Positions 1 through 10,662 are shown, counted from the stretch's first letter. The stretch: DNA of 64,000 nt from an uncultured Verrucomicrobiae bacterium (GCA_963836755.1 CAWIKF010000002.1:1568001-1632000); one strand, 5' to 3'. Numbers and translations: made by a program. Notes: a model not told the origin generated them from the sequence alone.

Positions 1-587
1 CCAGTGAATGCTACGGCGATCCGCTCGAGCATCCGCAGCGCGAGGAATATTGGGGAAATGTGAATCCGATCGGACCGCGCGGCGTTTATGATGAGGCGAA
101 GCGTTTCGCGGAGGCGATGACGATGGCGTATCACAGGTATCACAAAGTCGATACAAAGATTGTCAGAATTTTTAACACCTACGGGCCGCGCATGCGCCTG
201 CGCGACGGGCGCGTGGTTCCGGCGTTCATCGGTCAGGCTCTCACGAATACTCCGCTGACGATTTTTGGCGATGGGTCACAGACGCGTTCGTTTTGTTATT
301 GCTCGGATTTGATCGACGGAATTTTCAAGCTCGCGATGAGCGATTTCCACGAGCCGGTGAACATCGGCAATCCGCGTGAAATGACGATCAAACAATTTGC
401 CGAGGAAATCATCCGCATCACCGGCACGAGCTCGCAGATCGAGTATCGGCCTTTGCCGGTGGACGATCCGAAAGTGCGGCAGCCGGACATCACGCGCGCG
501 AAGAAAGTGCTGAACTGGGAACCGAAAGTCGCCTTCGAGGAAGGCATTCGCACGACGATCGATTTTTTCCGAGATCGTTTGGATTGA
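1..587 (+). CDS. UDP-glucuronate decarboxylase family NAD-dependent epimerase/dehydratase (5' end outside window)
   Basis: Frame is open from base 3 ([34 protein letters not shown]). It carries the SDR YxxxK motif, [10 protein letters not shown] and GDGSQTRSF. Confidence 0.9.
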   Translation, partial: SECYGDPLEHPQREEYWGNVNPIGPRGVYDEAKRFAEAMTMAYHRYHKVDTKIVRIFNTYGPRMRLRDGRVVPAFIGQALTNTPLTIFGDGSQTRSFCYCSDLIDGIFKLAMSDFHEPVNIGNPREMTIKQFAEEIIRITGTSSQIEYRPLPVDDPKVRQPDITRAKKVLNWEPKVAFEEGIRTTIDFFRDRLD

Positions 588-639
588 TTTTGCGCTTTTT
601 TGATTGCAGCGAGAATGCGCCCGCTGCAATTTGAGCGCC

Positions 640-1221
640 ATGTCTCGCCCACTTCCCCCTTTCATGAATCGACTTCCCATTTTTGCACTTTCGCTTTTCG
701 CGCTCGCAGCCACCGGCTTGAGCCGCGATGACTACGCAATTACAAAAGTCCAGCCGGCGGTGGTGCAGACGCCTGAGATTCAATTCACCGGCACGCAGCA
801 TCGTAGCGGACGCGCGGAGCAATGGCTCGAGGTCGAAGTGCAGTTTCAATCGAATGTCGATATGACCGACGAGCTGACTTTTAAATATTACATTTTGCTT
901 GCTGGCAAATGTCTCACCGGCGAGGTCACACACGTAAACGTGCCGCGCGGCCGGGATCTTTACTCGGTCATGTATGTCAGCCCGCGCACCCTGGCGCGCG
1001 TGCTCGAGGGCCATTCGATGAACGCTCAGGCGATCGAGAATGCGGGCGTGCAGATTTTGTTTAAAGGGCAGCTCGTCGCGGAAAAAAGTTTCAAGGAAGC
1101 TGGCGGGGAATGGTGGCAGAAGATGCAGCAGATTCCCGGGCTCGTGTTAAACAAAAACCAAACACCTTTCTCACCTTTGTATTGGGACCGCTACGAGGCG
1201 ATCAAGGCTGATACGCACTGA
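640..1221 (+). CDS. Amuc_1102-family pilus-associated secreted protein
   Basis: Signal peptide; WLEVEV, LTGEVTHVNV and W..RYE motifs; first gene of the verrucomicrobial pilus cluster. Start is ATG 640 or 664. Confidence 0.75.
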   Translation: MSRPLPPFMNRLPIFALSLFALAATGLSRDDYAITKVQPAVVQTPEIQFTGTQHRSGRAEQWLEVEVQFQSNVDMTDELTFKYYILLAGKCLTGEVTHVNVPRGRDLYSVMYVSPRTLARVLEGHSMNAQAIENAGVQILFKGQLVAEKSFKEAGGEWWQKMQQIPGLVLNKNQTPFSPLYWDRYEAIKADTH

Positions 1222-1257
1222 TTCGTTTTTCCCTGGGCTTTACTTTTCCGTCCTGAA

Positions 1258-2994
1258 GTGGCTGCTCCTCCGCGCATCATCAGCTTAAATCTCGGCATGC
1301 AGACCTTGGGTCTGGCCGAGTTCCGCACGAATTCCACCGGTGGTCTGGTGCTGAATAATTTCAAGCTCACCGAGCTGCTCGCCGACCCGGCCGCGGAGGG
1401 CTCGCGGCTCGCGCAGATGAAGCTGACGGTGACCGAGATGGTGCAGGGGATGAAAGTTGGCGGCGAGCGCGTCAATTATTCGATCCCGGCTCAATCGGTC
1501 TTCACGCGCTTCGTCAAACTTCCTTCCGTCGGCGTGGAAAAAGTTGACCAGATCATCACATTTGAGGCGCAGCAGAATGTTCCTTTTCCGATCGACGAAG
1601 TCGTGTGGGATTACCAGCTCGTCGGCGGTGAAGAAAATAAAATGGAGGTCGTGCTCGTCGCGATCAAAGCCGACTTGCTTGATGGGCTGAACGACACGGT
1701 CGAGGCGAGCGGGCTGAAAACAAACGTTGTCGATGTGGCGCCGATGGCGCTCTACAATGCGTTTCGCTACAACTACAGCGACATGAGCGGCTGCTCGCTT
1801 TTGATCGATATTGGCTCGCGCACGACGAACCTGATTTTTGTCGAGCCGAACAAAGTTTTCAGTCGCAGCATACCGATCGGCGGCAGCACGATCACCGCAG
1901 CCGTCGCGAAGGATTTCAACGAAGCGTTCGGCGCGTCCGAGGAAAAGAAAAAAGCAGTCGGATTCGTTTCACTCGGCGGAGCTTATGCCGAGCCGAGCGA
2001 TCCCGATGTAGCACGCGTTTCAAAAATGGTCCGCAACACGATGACGCGTTTGCACGCGGAGATTTCGCGCTCGATTTCGTTTTATCGCGCGCAGCAAGCG
2101 GGCAGTCAGCCCGCGCGGGTATTCCTGGCAGGCGGGAGCACGAGCCTGCCTTATATGCGCGAATTTTTTCACGAGAAACTGCAGTTGCCGATCGAGTTTT
2201 TCAATCCGCTGCGAAACGTGTCCGTCGGCAGTCAGGTCAATCTCGAGGAAGCCGGAAAGAGCGCGCACGTGCTGGGCGAATTGGTGGGATTGAGCCTGCG
2301 CTCGATCAGCGAATGCCCGATGGAGCTGAATCTCCAGCCGGCCAGCGTGGTGAAGGCGCACAAGCTCGCCGAGAAGAGACCTTACGTGGTGCTCGCGGGA
2401 TTGTGCGTGCTGCTTTCGCTCGCGGGCTGGTGGCTCTATTTTCAACGTGCGGCACAAGTGGAAACGATTGTGGATGCCCAGCTCGCGGAAAAAATCGCGC
2501 CGCTCAAGCAAAAGGAAACGCAGTTTGCAGCTCTGCGAAAAGAAATTGAGGCCGAGCAAGAGACTGCTGCGCCATATTTGCAGGCCGTGCAGGAGCGGGG
2601 CTATTGGGTGTCGGTGCTCAATGATTTCAACGCAAGGTTGCCGGAGCGCTTTATTTGGATCACGACGTTCGAGCCCGTGACGTTCACGGGCACAACAGCA
2701 ACGCCTTTAATGTCTGCGGAAGGGCCTGCAGTCAGGGTTGCGGAGCCAGCAGCGGCGAGACCCAATGCCCGTGGCGCTGCGGCTGGGAAACCTGTTTTCG
2801 GAGTGCGGCTGCACGGATTATATCTCGAGAATACGAACGAAGCTGGAGTGGTTGATTTATTCGAAAAAAATCTCCAGCAATCGCCTTTCGTGAGCAAAGT
2901 CACCGTCGCCGTGCGCGCGACGCCGACGCAAACGGAGTGGGCCTATGATTACGAGCTGCACGTGGAGTTGAAGGAAGGGATCAATCCGCAATGA
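1258..2994 (+). CDS. pilM: PilM-like actin-fold pilus assembly protein fused to a TM + PilN-like C-terminus (Amuc_1101 family)
   Basis: FEAQQNVPFPIDEVVWDY, LIDIGSRTT, IPIGG and LAGG motifs, then a TM helix and periplasmic domain. Confidence 0.85.
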   Translation: MAAPPRIISLNLGMQTLGLAEFRTNSTGGLVLNNFKLTELLADPAAEGSRLAQMKLTVTEMVQGMKVGGERVNYSIPAQSVFTRFVKLPSVGVEKVDQIITFEAQQNVPFPIDEVVWDYQLVGGEENKMEVVLVAIKADLLDGLNDTVEASGLKTNVVDVAPMALYNAFRYNYSDMSGCSLLIDIGSRTTNLIFVEPNKVFSRSIPIGGSTITAAVAKDFNEAFGASEEKKKAVGFVSLGGAYAEPSDPDVARVSKMVRNTMTRLHAEISRSISFYRAQQAGSQPARVFLAGGSTSLPYMREFFHEKLQLPIEFFNPLRNVSVGSQVNLEEAGKSAHVLGELVGLSLRSISECPMELNLQPASVVKAHKLAEKRPYVVLAGLCVLLSLAGWWLYFQRAAQVETIVDAQLAEKIAPLKQKETQFAALRKEIEAEQETAAPYLQAVQERGYWVSVLNDFNARLPERFIWITTFEPVTFTGTTATPLMSAEGPAVRVAEPAAARPNARGAAAGKPVFGVRLHGLYLENTNEAGVVDLFEKNLQQSPFVSKVTVAVRATPTQTEWAYDYELHVELKEGINPQ

Positions 2995-3968
2995 CCTGGA
3001 TTCGCGAAAACAAATTCCTCACCGTTTTCTTCGCGCTGCTTTTCGTTGGCATCGTCGCATTTGGCTATCTTCTTTACACCGCGTCCGGCAGTTACAGCGA
3101 CGTCTCCGACAAATACAATCAGCAGGCTGCGGAGCTGCGGCGGCTGCAAAATCTCGCGCCATATCCTGACCAGGAAAATCTGCGGAAGATGCGCGAGGAC
3201 AAAGATGCTTACGCGGCGAAGGTGACCCAATTGCAGAAGGGGCTAGCGGCGCAGGAATTTCCGCTGGAGCCGCTCACGCCGGAGCAGTTTCAGGATCGAT
3301 TGCGCTCGACCGTTTCGCAGGTGGTCGGAAGTGCGAATGCGAGCGGAGTCAAACTTCCGGAAAAATTCTACATGGGCTTCGATGTCTATCAAACCTCGCT
3401 GCCAAAAGCCGCCGCCGCTGCACCTCTCGGGCGACAATTGCGCGCGATCGAATTTGTGGTGCGCCAATTGTTTGAAGCAAAAGTTGGCTCGCTCGTTACC
3501 TTGTCGCGCACGCCGTTGCCCGAGGAGGGCGGCGCACCCGCGCCGGGTGCCGCGCCTGCGAGCGGCGGAGGCGGTCGCGGCGGTCGCGGCCGCGGACCAG
3601 TGGCAGCGGCTTCTGAAAAAAGTTTGGTGAGCAAGAGCACGTTCGAAATCGCATTCATCACCGAGCAGCCGCGTTTCCGGAAATGGATTAATGATATCTC
3701 GAGCGCGAAGGAACAGTTTTACATCGTCCGTTTATTCACGGTCAAAAACGAAAATCCAGCAGCGCCTTTGCGCGTGGACAACTCAGTCGTCGAGCCGACT
3801 CCAGCGGCCGCCGCACCGCAACCCGCTGCTGCTGCTGCTGCTCCAAACGGAAAGCCTTCGGAAGCCGGTGGAGGAATGCTGAAGTTCATAGTAGGCACGG
3901 AAAAAATCGCCGTGACCGCGAAAGTCGAAATCCTTGATTTCTCCGCGCCAGAGTCCGCGCAAAAATAA
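2991..3968 (+). CDS. Amuc_1100-family (PilO-like) pilus-associated protein
   Basis: N-terminal TM, coiled coil, FYMGFDVY, FIVGTEKI; ATGA overlap with the upstream gene; synteny. Confidence 0.75.
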   Translation: MTWIRENKFLTVFFALLFVGIVAFGYLLYTASGSYSDVSDKYNQQAAELRRLQNLAPYPDQENLRKMREDKDAYAAKVTQLQKGLAAQEFPLEPLTPEQFQDRLRSTVSQVVGSANASGVKLPEKFYMGFDVYQTSLPKAAAAAPLGRQLRAIEFVVRQLFEAKVGSLVTLSRTPLPEEGGAPAPGAAPASGGGGRGGRGRGPVAAASEKSLVSKSTFEIAFITEQPRFRKWINDISSAKEQFYIVRLFTVKNENPAAPLRVDNSVVEPTPAAAAPQPAAAAAAPNGKPSEAGGGMLKFIVGTEKIAVTAKVEILDFSAPESAQK

Positions 3969-3973
3969 CGCAC

Positions 3974-4936
3974 ATGGACTGGATCAAAAAAAATTACGAC
4001 CAGGCGGCGCTGTTGTTCGTCGCATTGATTTTGCTGGGGATGTCCGCATGGCTTTTTCTCGTCGCGCGGGATTTTGATCAGACCTTCGCGAGCATCAGCG
4101 GACAGGTGGGGCACAACAATAATATCCCGGCGATTCACAACGAAGCGATCGAGAGTGCCGATGCCTCGCTTGCGAAGCCCGCGGTCTGGAGTGGCCATCC
4201 CGGTTCCTTGTTTGTCTCTGACAAATATATCGTAAAGAATGGCCATCTGCTCGATCCGCGCAACAGCGCCGAAATGCTGCATCCGCCGGTCCCGAATGAA
4301 TGGTTCTTCGACCACGGTCTCGACATTCTGGACACAAAAGTTCTTGCCGACGATCCAGACGGCGACGGCTTCAGTAACCTCGATGAATTCAACGGCAAGA
4401 CCGATCCGCAAAACAAAACTTCGCATCCGCCATATTTGACGAAGTTGCGTCTCGCACGGGCGATCCAGCAGCCATTCCGACTGTTGTTTAACGCTTATGA
4501 TGGCGACCCGACAAAGCCCGATACGCTGACTTTTCAGATCAACACGGTCGATGTGAAACAGCCTTCGCAGTTTTTAAAGCTTAACGACCCGATTGCCGGA
4601 ACGAAATTTAAGATCATCAAATTTGAGGCGAAAAAAATGCTCAATTCCAGCACGGGCGTGAATCAGGACGTTTCCGAATTGACCGTGGAAAACAACGAAA
4701 CTCACGAGGACGTGGTCCTCGTGCTCGAGAAAATCGTCAACTCGCCCGACTCCTACGCGTTGTTTAAATATCTGTTCGACGGGACAGAGTTTGCCGTTAA
4801 AAAGAATAAAACATTCTCGCTGAAGCAGGAACCCGATGTCGTCTACAAATTAGTTGACATCAATGACAGCCAAGCGGTAATCGAGAACGTCAAAACGAAC
4901 GAGCAAATCAAGGTGCCGAAGCTCGAAAATCCTTGA
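3974..4936 (+). CDS. Amuc_1099-family pilus-associated protein with a TSP3-like Ca-binding repeat
   Basis: MDWIKKNYD start, TM anchor, HPPVPNEW, DPDGDGFSNLDEF..TDP; synteny. Confidence 0.75.
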   Translation: MDWIKKNYDQAALLFVALILLGMSAWLFLVARDFDQTFASISGQVGHNNNIPAIHNEAIESADASLAKPAVWSGHPGSLFVSDKYIVKNGHLLDPRNSAEMLHPPVPNEWFFDHGLDILDTKVLADDPDGDGFSNLDEFNGKTDPQNKTSHPPYLTKLRLARAIQQPFRLLFNAYDGDPTKPDTLTFQINTVDVKQPSQFLKLNDPIAGTKFKIIKFEAKKMLNSSTGVNQDVSELTVENNETHEDVVLVLEKIVNSPDSYALFKYLFDGTEFAVKKNKTFSLKQEPDVVYKLVDINDSQAVIENVKTNEQIKVPKLENP

Positions 4937-4979
4937 TGCGGCAGCGGAAAAAAGTTAGTTCACCAACCTCCTAAATTAC

Positions 4980-7667
4980 ATGAACAAAAAGTTCCCTCTC
5001 ATTCCCTGCCTTCTGGCAGCGGGCATTACGTCGCCTCTCCTGGCGGGCACTTACCAACAAACCACAACACGCACCGAAATAAGCGGTGGCGTCGAAGGCG
5101 TGGCAGAACGCGAGCTGGCCCGCAAACAGGAAGATGTCAATCGCGCGCGCGATTTGATCAAGGCGGGAGACAAGGCGATGAAGGAGCGCGATTTTGAGAC
5201 TGCGTTTGCTTCCTATAAAGCGGCGTGCGACCTGCTGACGGATTCCGCCGCGACTCATCGGATGCGCAGCGAGGCGCTCGATGGATTTTGCCAGGCGGCT
5301 TGCAACCTCGCGGAGCAGCGGATCAGCGAAGGCCGCTTTGCCGACGCACAAACGACCGCACAGGCAGTGCTCGATGAAAGATACGATCCGCATTGCCACC
5401 GCGCCATCGTCCTTCTCGCGCATCTGGAGGATCCCGATTACTACAACAGGACCGTCACTCCGAAGTTCCGCGGCGATGTCGAAGAAGTTAAGAAGTTGTT
5501 TAAAGAAGCGGACGGATTTTATGAAACAGGGCGCTACGACATGGCATACAAGCGCTACGAGCAGATCCTAAATTACGATCCTTACAATATCGCAGCGCGC
5601 AAAGGTCAGGAAAAAGTGAATAAGGCGCGCGACGATTACGCGGTCGAAGGTTACAACCACACGCGGTCTTACATGACCTGGCAGATCGACAAAGCGTGGG
5701 ATCGCCCCGTGCGGAAGTTTGGTCTGCGTGAAGGCACGGTCATTGAAAGTCAGCGAACTGATATTCGAGGCACGGAGGCCATCTCCAACAAGCTCAACAG
5801 AATTATCATTCCGAAAATTGAGTTCCGAGACGCGACAGTCCGCGAGGCGATCGATTTCTTGAAGCAGAAAAGCCGCGAACTGGACACAGATCCGGATCCC
5901 ACGAAGCGTGGCGTGAACATCGTGCTGAAGCTTGAAAGCGCCAGCACTGGCCCCGTCGCAGCTGCCGCTGCAGCGCCCGCTGCTCCTCAAGCTGCAGTCA
6001 TCCCCGGCCTCGAAGCCGCACCCGCGGCGGCGCCTGCCGCTGGGGCTGCTGCTGCCGCTCCCTCGATCAACCCGGGTGACGTGCGCATCACGCTTTCGCT
6101 GTCGAACATTCCTTTGATGGAAGCGCTGCGATACATCACGAATCTGGCAAATCTGAAGGTGAAAATTGATCCTTATGCGGTTGCCATTGTTCCGATCACG
6201 GAAAATACCGAAGCGCTGGTTACAAAGGAATACAAAGTTCCGCCGAGTCTCTTCACGAGTTCCCCGGGCGCGGCTACTTCCAGCGCCCTGAGCCAGGGGG
6301 CAACGCGTGTCGGTGGTGGTGGCGGCGGTGGTGGCGCAAGTGATACGACAAAAGGCGGCCAAAGCATCGCCACCCGCGCCAACGCGCGTGAAATTTTGGA
6401 AGCGCAAGGTGTGCAATTCCCGCAGGGCGCGAGCGCAAACTATCTGCCGAGCAGTAGCAAGCTGGTCGTGCGCAATACGCAGGAAAATCTCGACCTTGTC
6501 GATACGCTCGTGGATGCGCTGATCGGCGCGGCTCCGACGCAGGTGGAGATTGAGTCAAAGTTTGTCGAGATCACGCAGGATAATTTGAAGGAGCTTGGCT
6601 TCGATGTTCTTCTTGGCCAGCAAAACATTCCCGGCTCGAAAGTGTTCCTTGCTGGTGGAACCACCGGAACCGGCACGCCAGTAGATCAAGCGAATTTTCC
6701 GCTCCCGATAGGCAGCGGCGGGTTGATTGAGCAGCCTGTAACCAGCGGTATTCGCAGCGGCACCACAGCCATCAGTGCGAATGCAATTGACGCCTTGCTT
6801 TTCCCGAGCAGTGGAGCCAGCGCGCTCGCGCCCGGTATCTTGGGCATCGGCAGCACGTTGACCGACCCCACATTTCAGATCGTCATCCGTGCCCTGAATC
6901 AAAAGAAGGGCGTGGATCTGCTTTCGGCGCCGCGGGTCACGACTAAAAGTGGCCAACGTGCCGTCATCGAAATCATTCGCGAGTTCCGTTATCCCACCGA
7001 ATTTGATCCGCCGCAAATCCCGCAGAATTTCGGAAACGGCGGCATCACCACGGTCAGCGCCACCGGCGCGCTCACTGGAGGCGGCACGGGCGCATTCCCG
7101 GTCACGCCGACTACTCCCACCGCATTTGAAACCCGAAACACCGGCGTCACGCTCGAAGTTGAGCCGACCGTCGGCCCTGATGGCTACACGATCGATTTGA
7201 ATCTTGTGCCGCAGGTTGTCGAGTTTGAGGGCTTCATCAATTATGGCAGCCCGATCAAAACAATCAGCCCTGCCAGCGTGCTCCTCGGAGGAGGTTCTGC
7301 TTCGGTCACACTGACCGATAACGTTATCAATCAGCCGATTTTCAGCACCCGCAAAGTCACAACCAGCGTCAGCGTCTGGGATGGACAAACCGTCGTCTTG
7401 GGCGGACTCATGCGTGAGGATGTCCAAAAGGTTGAGGACAAAGTGCCGATTCTTGGTGACATCCCGCTGTTGGGGCGGTTTTTCCGTTCTAACGTCGATC
7501 AACATTTGAAGCGGAACCTCATCATTTTTGTCTCCGCTCGCTTGATTAATCCCGCGGGTGAAACCGTGCAGCAAGACGAGGAGAAGGAAGAAGTTGTCGA
7601 GCCGATTGGCTTGCCGCAGCCTCCCGCGAATCCGCCGATGCCGGAATCGCCACTCTTTCAAAAATAG
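4980..7667 (+). CDS. Outer-membrane secretin with N-terminal TPR region (Amuc_1098 family, PilQ/GspD-like)
   Basis: Signal peptide; QVEIESKFVE, LLSAPRVTT, GQTVVLGGL and KVPILGDIPLLGRFF secretin signature. Confidence 0.9.
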   Translation: MNKKFPLIPCLLAAGITSPLLAGTYQQTTTRTEISGGVEGVAERELARKQEDVNRARDLIKAGDKAMKERDFETAFASYKAACDLLTDSAATHRMRSEALDGFCQAACNLAEQRISEGRFADAQTTAQAVLDERYDPHCHRAIVLLAHLEDPDYYNRTVTPKFRGDVEEVKKLFKEADGFYETGRYDMAYKRYEQILNYDPYNIAARKGQEKVNKARDDYAVEGYNHTRSYMTWQIDKAWDRPVRKFGLREGTVIESQRTDIRGTEAISNKLNRIIIPKIEFRDATVREAIDFLKQKSRELDTDPDPTKRGVNIVLKLESASTGPVAAAAAAPAAPQAAVIPGLEAAPAAAPAAGAAAAAPSINPGDVRITLSLSNIPLMEALRYITNLANLKVKIDPYAVAIVPITENTEALVTKEYKVPPSLFTSSPGAATSSALSQGATRVGGGGGGGGASDTTKGGQSIATRANAREILEAQGVQFPQGASANYLPSSSKLVVRNTQENLDLVDTLVDALIGAAPTQVEIESKFVEITQDNLKELGFDVLLGQQNIPGSKVFLAGGTTGTGTPVDQANFPLPIGSGGLIEQPVTSGIRSGTTAISANAIDALLFPSSGASALAPGILGIGSTLTDPTFQIVIRALNQKKGVDLLSAPRVTTKSGQRAVIEIIREFRYPTEFDPPQIPQNFGNGGITTVSATGALTGGGTGAFPVTPTTPTAFETRNTGVTLEVEPTVGPDGYTIDLNLVPQVVEFEGFINYGSPIKTISPASVLLGGGSASVTLTDNVINQPIFSTRKVTTSVSVWDGQTVVLGGLMREDVQKVEDKVPILGDIPLLGRFFRSNVDQHLKRNLIIFVSARLINPAGETVQQDEEKEEVVEPIGLPQPPANPPMPESPLFQK

Positions 7668-7675
7668 CGAATCGA

Positions 7676-8278
7676 GTGCCCGTTCTCGGAATAACGGGCG
7701 GAATCGCGACCGGCAAAACATCTTTTACCCAAGCGTTAACGCTGGCTCTGCACGGCGAAGTTTTCGACGCTGACGCCTGTGCGCATGATTTGCTGGCACG
7801 GGATGCGACCGTGCGGGAATCTGTGCGTGAGCATCTTGGAAATCGCATATTCGACGAGACAGGACAAATCAATCGCGCCACATTGCGGACAATCGTGTTT
7901 GAAGATGAAAGACAACGCAGCTGGCTCGAGGCGATTCTGCATCCGATGATCCGTGAGCGCTGGCTCAAATTGGCTGCAACTTTTTCCCAGAAGACGCAGT
8001 GGCTTTTTGTCGATATTCCGCTCTTGTTTGAGACCGCGGCGGAAAAATACTTCACGACAGTCGTCGTCGTGGCTTGTTCAGATGCGACTCAGCGGCAGCG
8101 CCTCGCGTGCGCGCGTCAAATTCCAGATCACCTCGCCGAGAAAATCATCGCTGTGCAAATGCCGCTCGCACAAAAGATCAACCGAGCAAATCATCTGATT
8201 TGGAACGAAGGCTCGGCTGGATCACTCGCCACACAAGCCGCACTATTTGGGAACTATCTGACTGCGCGATATGGATGA
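7676..8278 (+). CDS. coaE: Dephospho-CoA kinase
   Basis: GITGGIATGKT P-loop, DAD, LEAILHP, DIPLLFE. Confidence 0.93.
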   Translation: MPVLGITGGIATGKTSFTQALTLALHGEVFDADACAHDLLARDATVRESVREHLGNRIFDETGQINRATLRTIVFEDERQRSWLEAILHPMIRERWLKLAATFSQKTQWLFVDIPLLFETAAEKYFTTVVVVACSDATQRQRLACARQIPDHLAEKIIAVQMPLAQKINRANHLIWNEGSAGSLATQAALFGNYLTARYG

Positions 8279-9569
8279 GACTTCGGTAGCGGAAGTAATC
8301 ACTGCTGTGCCGGCGCGTCTTGAGGTTCGCGAATTGCACGCTGAGCCGCTCGCGCAATTGCTGGGGCGCGCGCAGGAAATCCGGCTGCGCCTGAATCCGG
8401 AGCGGACGCGGCACCAGATCATCCTGGATCTGCTGCGCGCGTATGCGGAGCGTGGCACAAACATTTTCGCCGAGGGAGTCGTCGAGATTAGCGAGCAAAA
8501 ATCTGTCCTGCGCTGGCCCGGACAGAATTTTCGTCCGGGACCGGAGGACCCGGTGGTTCCATTCAACCTGATGAAGCAGTTTGGATTGCAAAACGGTAAT
8601 TTGATCTCCGCGCGTCTCCATTCCTTGCAGGATCGCGAGAGGCTGATGGTCGTGGATGAAGTTTTGGAAATTGAAGGCATCCCAGCGGATGAATGGACGC
8701 CGCCGAAAAACTTCGAGCAATTGACGGCTCTTTTTCCCGACCAGCGCATCATTTTGGAAAATGACAAAACGCACTCGATCAGCGCGCGGGCAGTGGACTT
8801 GATCACGCCGCTCGGCCGCGGTCAGCGCGCGTTGATCGTGGCTCCGCCGCGGACTGGCAAAACCATTTTGCTCAAAGATATCGCGCAGGCCATTCGCGCG
8901 GGATCTCCGGAGACGCACTTGATTTTGCTGCTCGTCGACGAACGACCCGAGGAGGTCACCGATCTCAAGCGCAGCGTCGACGCGGATATTTTTTCATCGA
9001 CATTCGATGAAGCGCCGTCGCGTCACGTGCAAGTCGCGGAGCTGGTGAGCGAGCGCGCGAAGCGCCTGGTGGAGCAAAAAAAACACGTGGTTATTTTGCT
9101 CGACAGCATCACGCGGCTCGCGCGCGGTTACAACGCGCTGCAGCCGGGGCGCGGACGGACGATGTCCGGCGGCGTGGACGCGCAGGCTTTGACGAAGCCA
9201 AAAAAGTTTTTTAGCTCTGCGCGCAATGTTGAAGAAGGCGGCAGCCTCACGGTCATCGCCACAGCGCTCGTCGAGACGGAGAGCCGCATGGATGAAGTGA
9301 TTTTCGAAGAGTTCAAGGGCACGGGAAACATGGAGTTGCATCTCGATCGTGAGATGGTCGAGCGCCGGATTTTTCCGGCAATCCATGTTTTGAAATCCGG
9401 CACGCGCCGCGAAGAGTTGCTCTATCATCCCGACGAATTTGCGCGCATCCAGATCCTGCGCCGGCAATTGGCGGAATTGCCTTCCATCGAGGCGATGGAG
9501 CTTCTGGTCGAGAATATTCGGGCGACAAAATCGAACGCGGAACTTCTGCTGGCGGGGCTGCGCGGGTGA
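8271..9569 (+). CDS. rho: Transcription termination factor Rho (short form, divergent RNA-binding domain)
   Basis: [61 protein letters not shown]. Confidence 0.93.
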   Translation: MDETSVAEVITAVPARLEVRELHAEPLAQLLGRAQEIRLRLNPERTRHQIILDLLRAYAERGTNIFAEGVVEISEQKSVLRWPGQNFRPGPEDPVVPFNLMKQFGLQNGNLISARLHSLQDRERLMVVDEVLEIEGIPADEWTPPKNFEQLTALFPDQRIILENDKTHSISARAVDLITPLGRGQRALIVAPPRTGKTILLKDIAQAIRAGSPETHLILLLVDERPEEVTDLKRSVDADIFSSTFDEAPSRHVQVAELVSERAKRLVEQKKHVVILLDSITRLARGYNALQPGRGRTMSGGVDAQALTKPKKFFSSARNVEEGGSLTVIATALVETESRMDEVIFEEFKGTGNMELHLDREMVERRIFPAIHVLKSGTRREELLYHPDEFARIQILRRQLAELPSIEAMELLVENIRATKSNAELLLAGLRG

Positions 9570-10621
9570 TTGCCACCGATGCGGCGCTGGCCGCTTTTCT
9601 TCCCAGACTCGCCACAAGCGATCCGGTCGCAATCGACACGGAAGCTGACAGCCTGCACTGCTATTTTGAAAAATTATGCCTGATCCAGCTGAGCATGCCG
9701 GGCGAGGATTTGCTGATCGATCCGCTCGCGCGCATGGACCTCACGCCGCTCTTCGCGGAGCTTGCGCAAAAGCAGTTGATCCTGCACGGCGCGGACTACG
9801 ATTTGCGGCTCTTGCGGCGTGTGGGATTCACCGCGTCGCTCACGATTTTTGACACCATGATTGCCGCGCGGCTCACTGGTCATGCGGAATTCAGCCTCGC
9901 CGCGCTCATCGTGAAACATTTTGGCATCACGCTGACGAAAGGTTCGCAAAAAGCGAATTGGGCGCGCCGTCCGCTCTCGCCGCAGATGGAGGAATACGCG
10001 AAGAACGACACGCGTTTTTTAATCGAACTCGCCGAAAAATTGACGCGCGAGCTGCACGCGCTGGGCCGCTGGGAGTGGTTTCTGCAATCATGCCTGCGCG
10101 CGGTGGAAACAGCGCAGACTGATCGTGTGCGCGATGTCGAAAATGCGTGGCGCATCAATGGCAGCAAGGATCTTCGCGGTCGCGCCGCCGCGGTGCTGCG
10201 CGCTCTTTGGCAGTGGCGCGACGAAGAAGCGCGGGCGGTGGACCGGCCGCCGTTTCATATTTTGCAAAATGAAAAACTGATCGAGGCCGCGCAGCAATTT
10301 GACGCGGGCTCGCATGTTTCGGTCCCGCAGTTGCCGCATGCTCGCGCGCGCCGTTTCTACGCGGCTGCCGAGGCGGGGTTGCGACTGCCGGAAGCGGAAT
10401 GGCCGCAACCGTTGCGCAAAGCTCGGTCGCGGCCGAGTGTGGAGCAGGAACGTTTATTTAACAAATTGAAAACGCAGCGCGACCAGGCTGCGGTGGCATT
10501 GAAGCTGGACGCTTCGCTCATCGCGCCGAAGGCAATGCTGGAAGCGGTGGCGGCAGACCCGGAGACGGCATTGCCGCGATTGATGACGTGGCAGCGGAGC
10601 TTGATTGAGACGGCGATATAG
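9566..10621 (+). CDS. rnd: Ribonuclease D family 3'-5' exonuclease with HRDC domain
   Basis: AIDTEADSLH, LCLIQ, HGADYD, FDTMIAA, NW.RRPL, YA.ND. Confidence 0.9.
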   Translation: MIATDAALAAFLPRLATSDPVAIDTEADSLHCYFEKLCLIQLSMPGEDLLIDPLARMDLTPLFAELAQKQLILHGADYDLRLLRRVGFTASLTIFDTMIAARLTGHAEFSLAALIVKHFGITLTKGSQKANWARRPLSPQMEEYAKNDTRFLIELAEKLTRELHALGRWEWFLQSCLRAVETAQTDRVRDVENAWRINGSKDLRGRAAAVLRALWQWRDEEARAVDRPPFHILQNEKLIEAAQQFDAGSHVSVPQLPHARARRFYAAAEAGLRLPEAEWPQPLRKARSRPSVEQERLFNKLKTQRDQAAVALKLDASLIAPKAMLEAVAADPETALPRLMTWQRSLIETAI

Positions 10622-10662
10622 TCTGCGACGTCGTTTTTCCGACGGGGTTTCACAGCACACTC

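Noticed and set aside
3825..3842. (GCT)6 tract and the GGT/GGC run near 6312-6335 as phase-variation repeats
   Set aside because: They are in-frame triplets encoding Ala/Gly linkers, so length change would not switch expression.
5568..7721. Long antisense ORFs (e.g. 5568-6416, 6555-7721; also 18341-19372, 25491-26405, 30626-31531)
   Set aside because: They are shadows of well-supported genes in GC-rich DNA and have no recognisable motifs.
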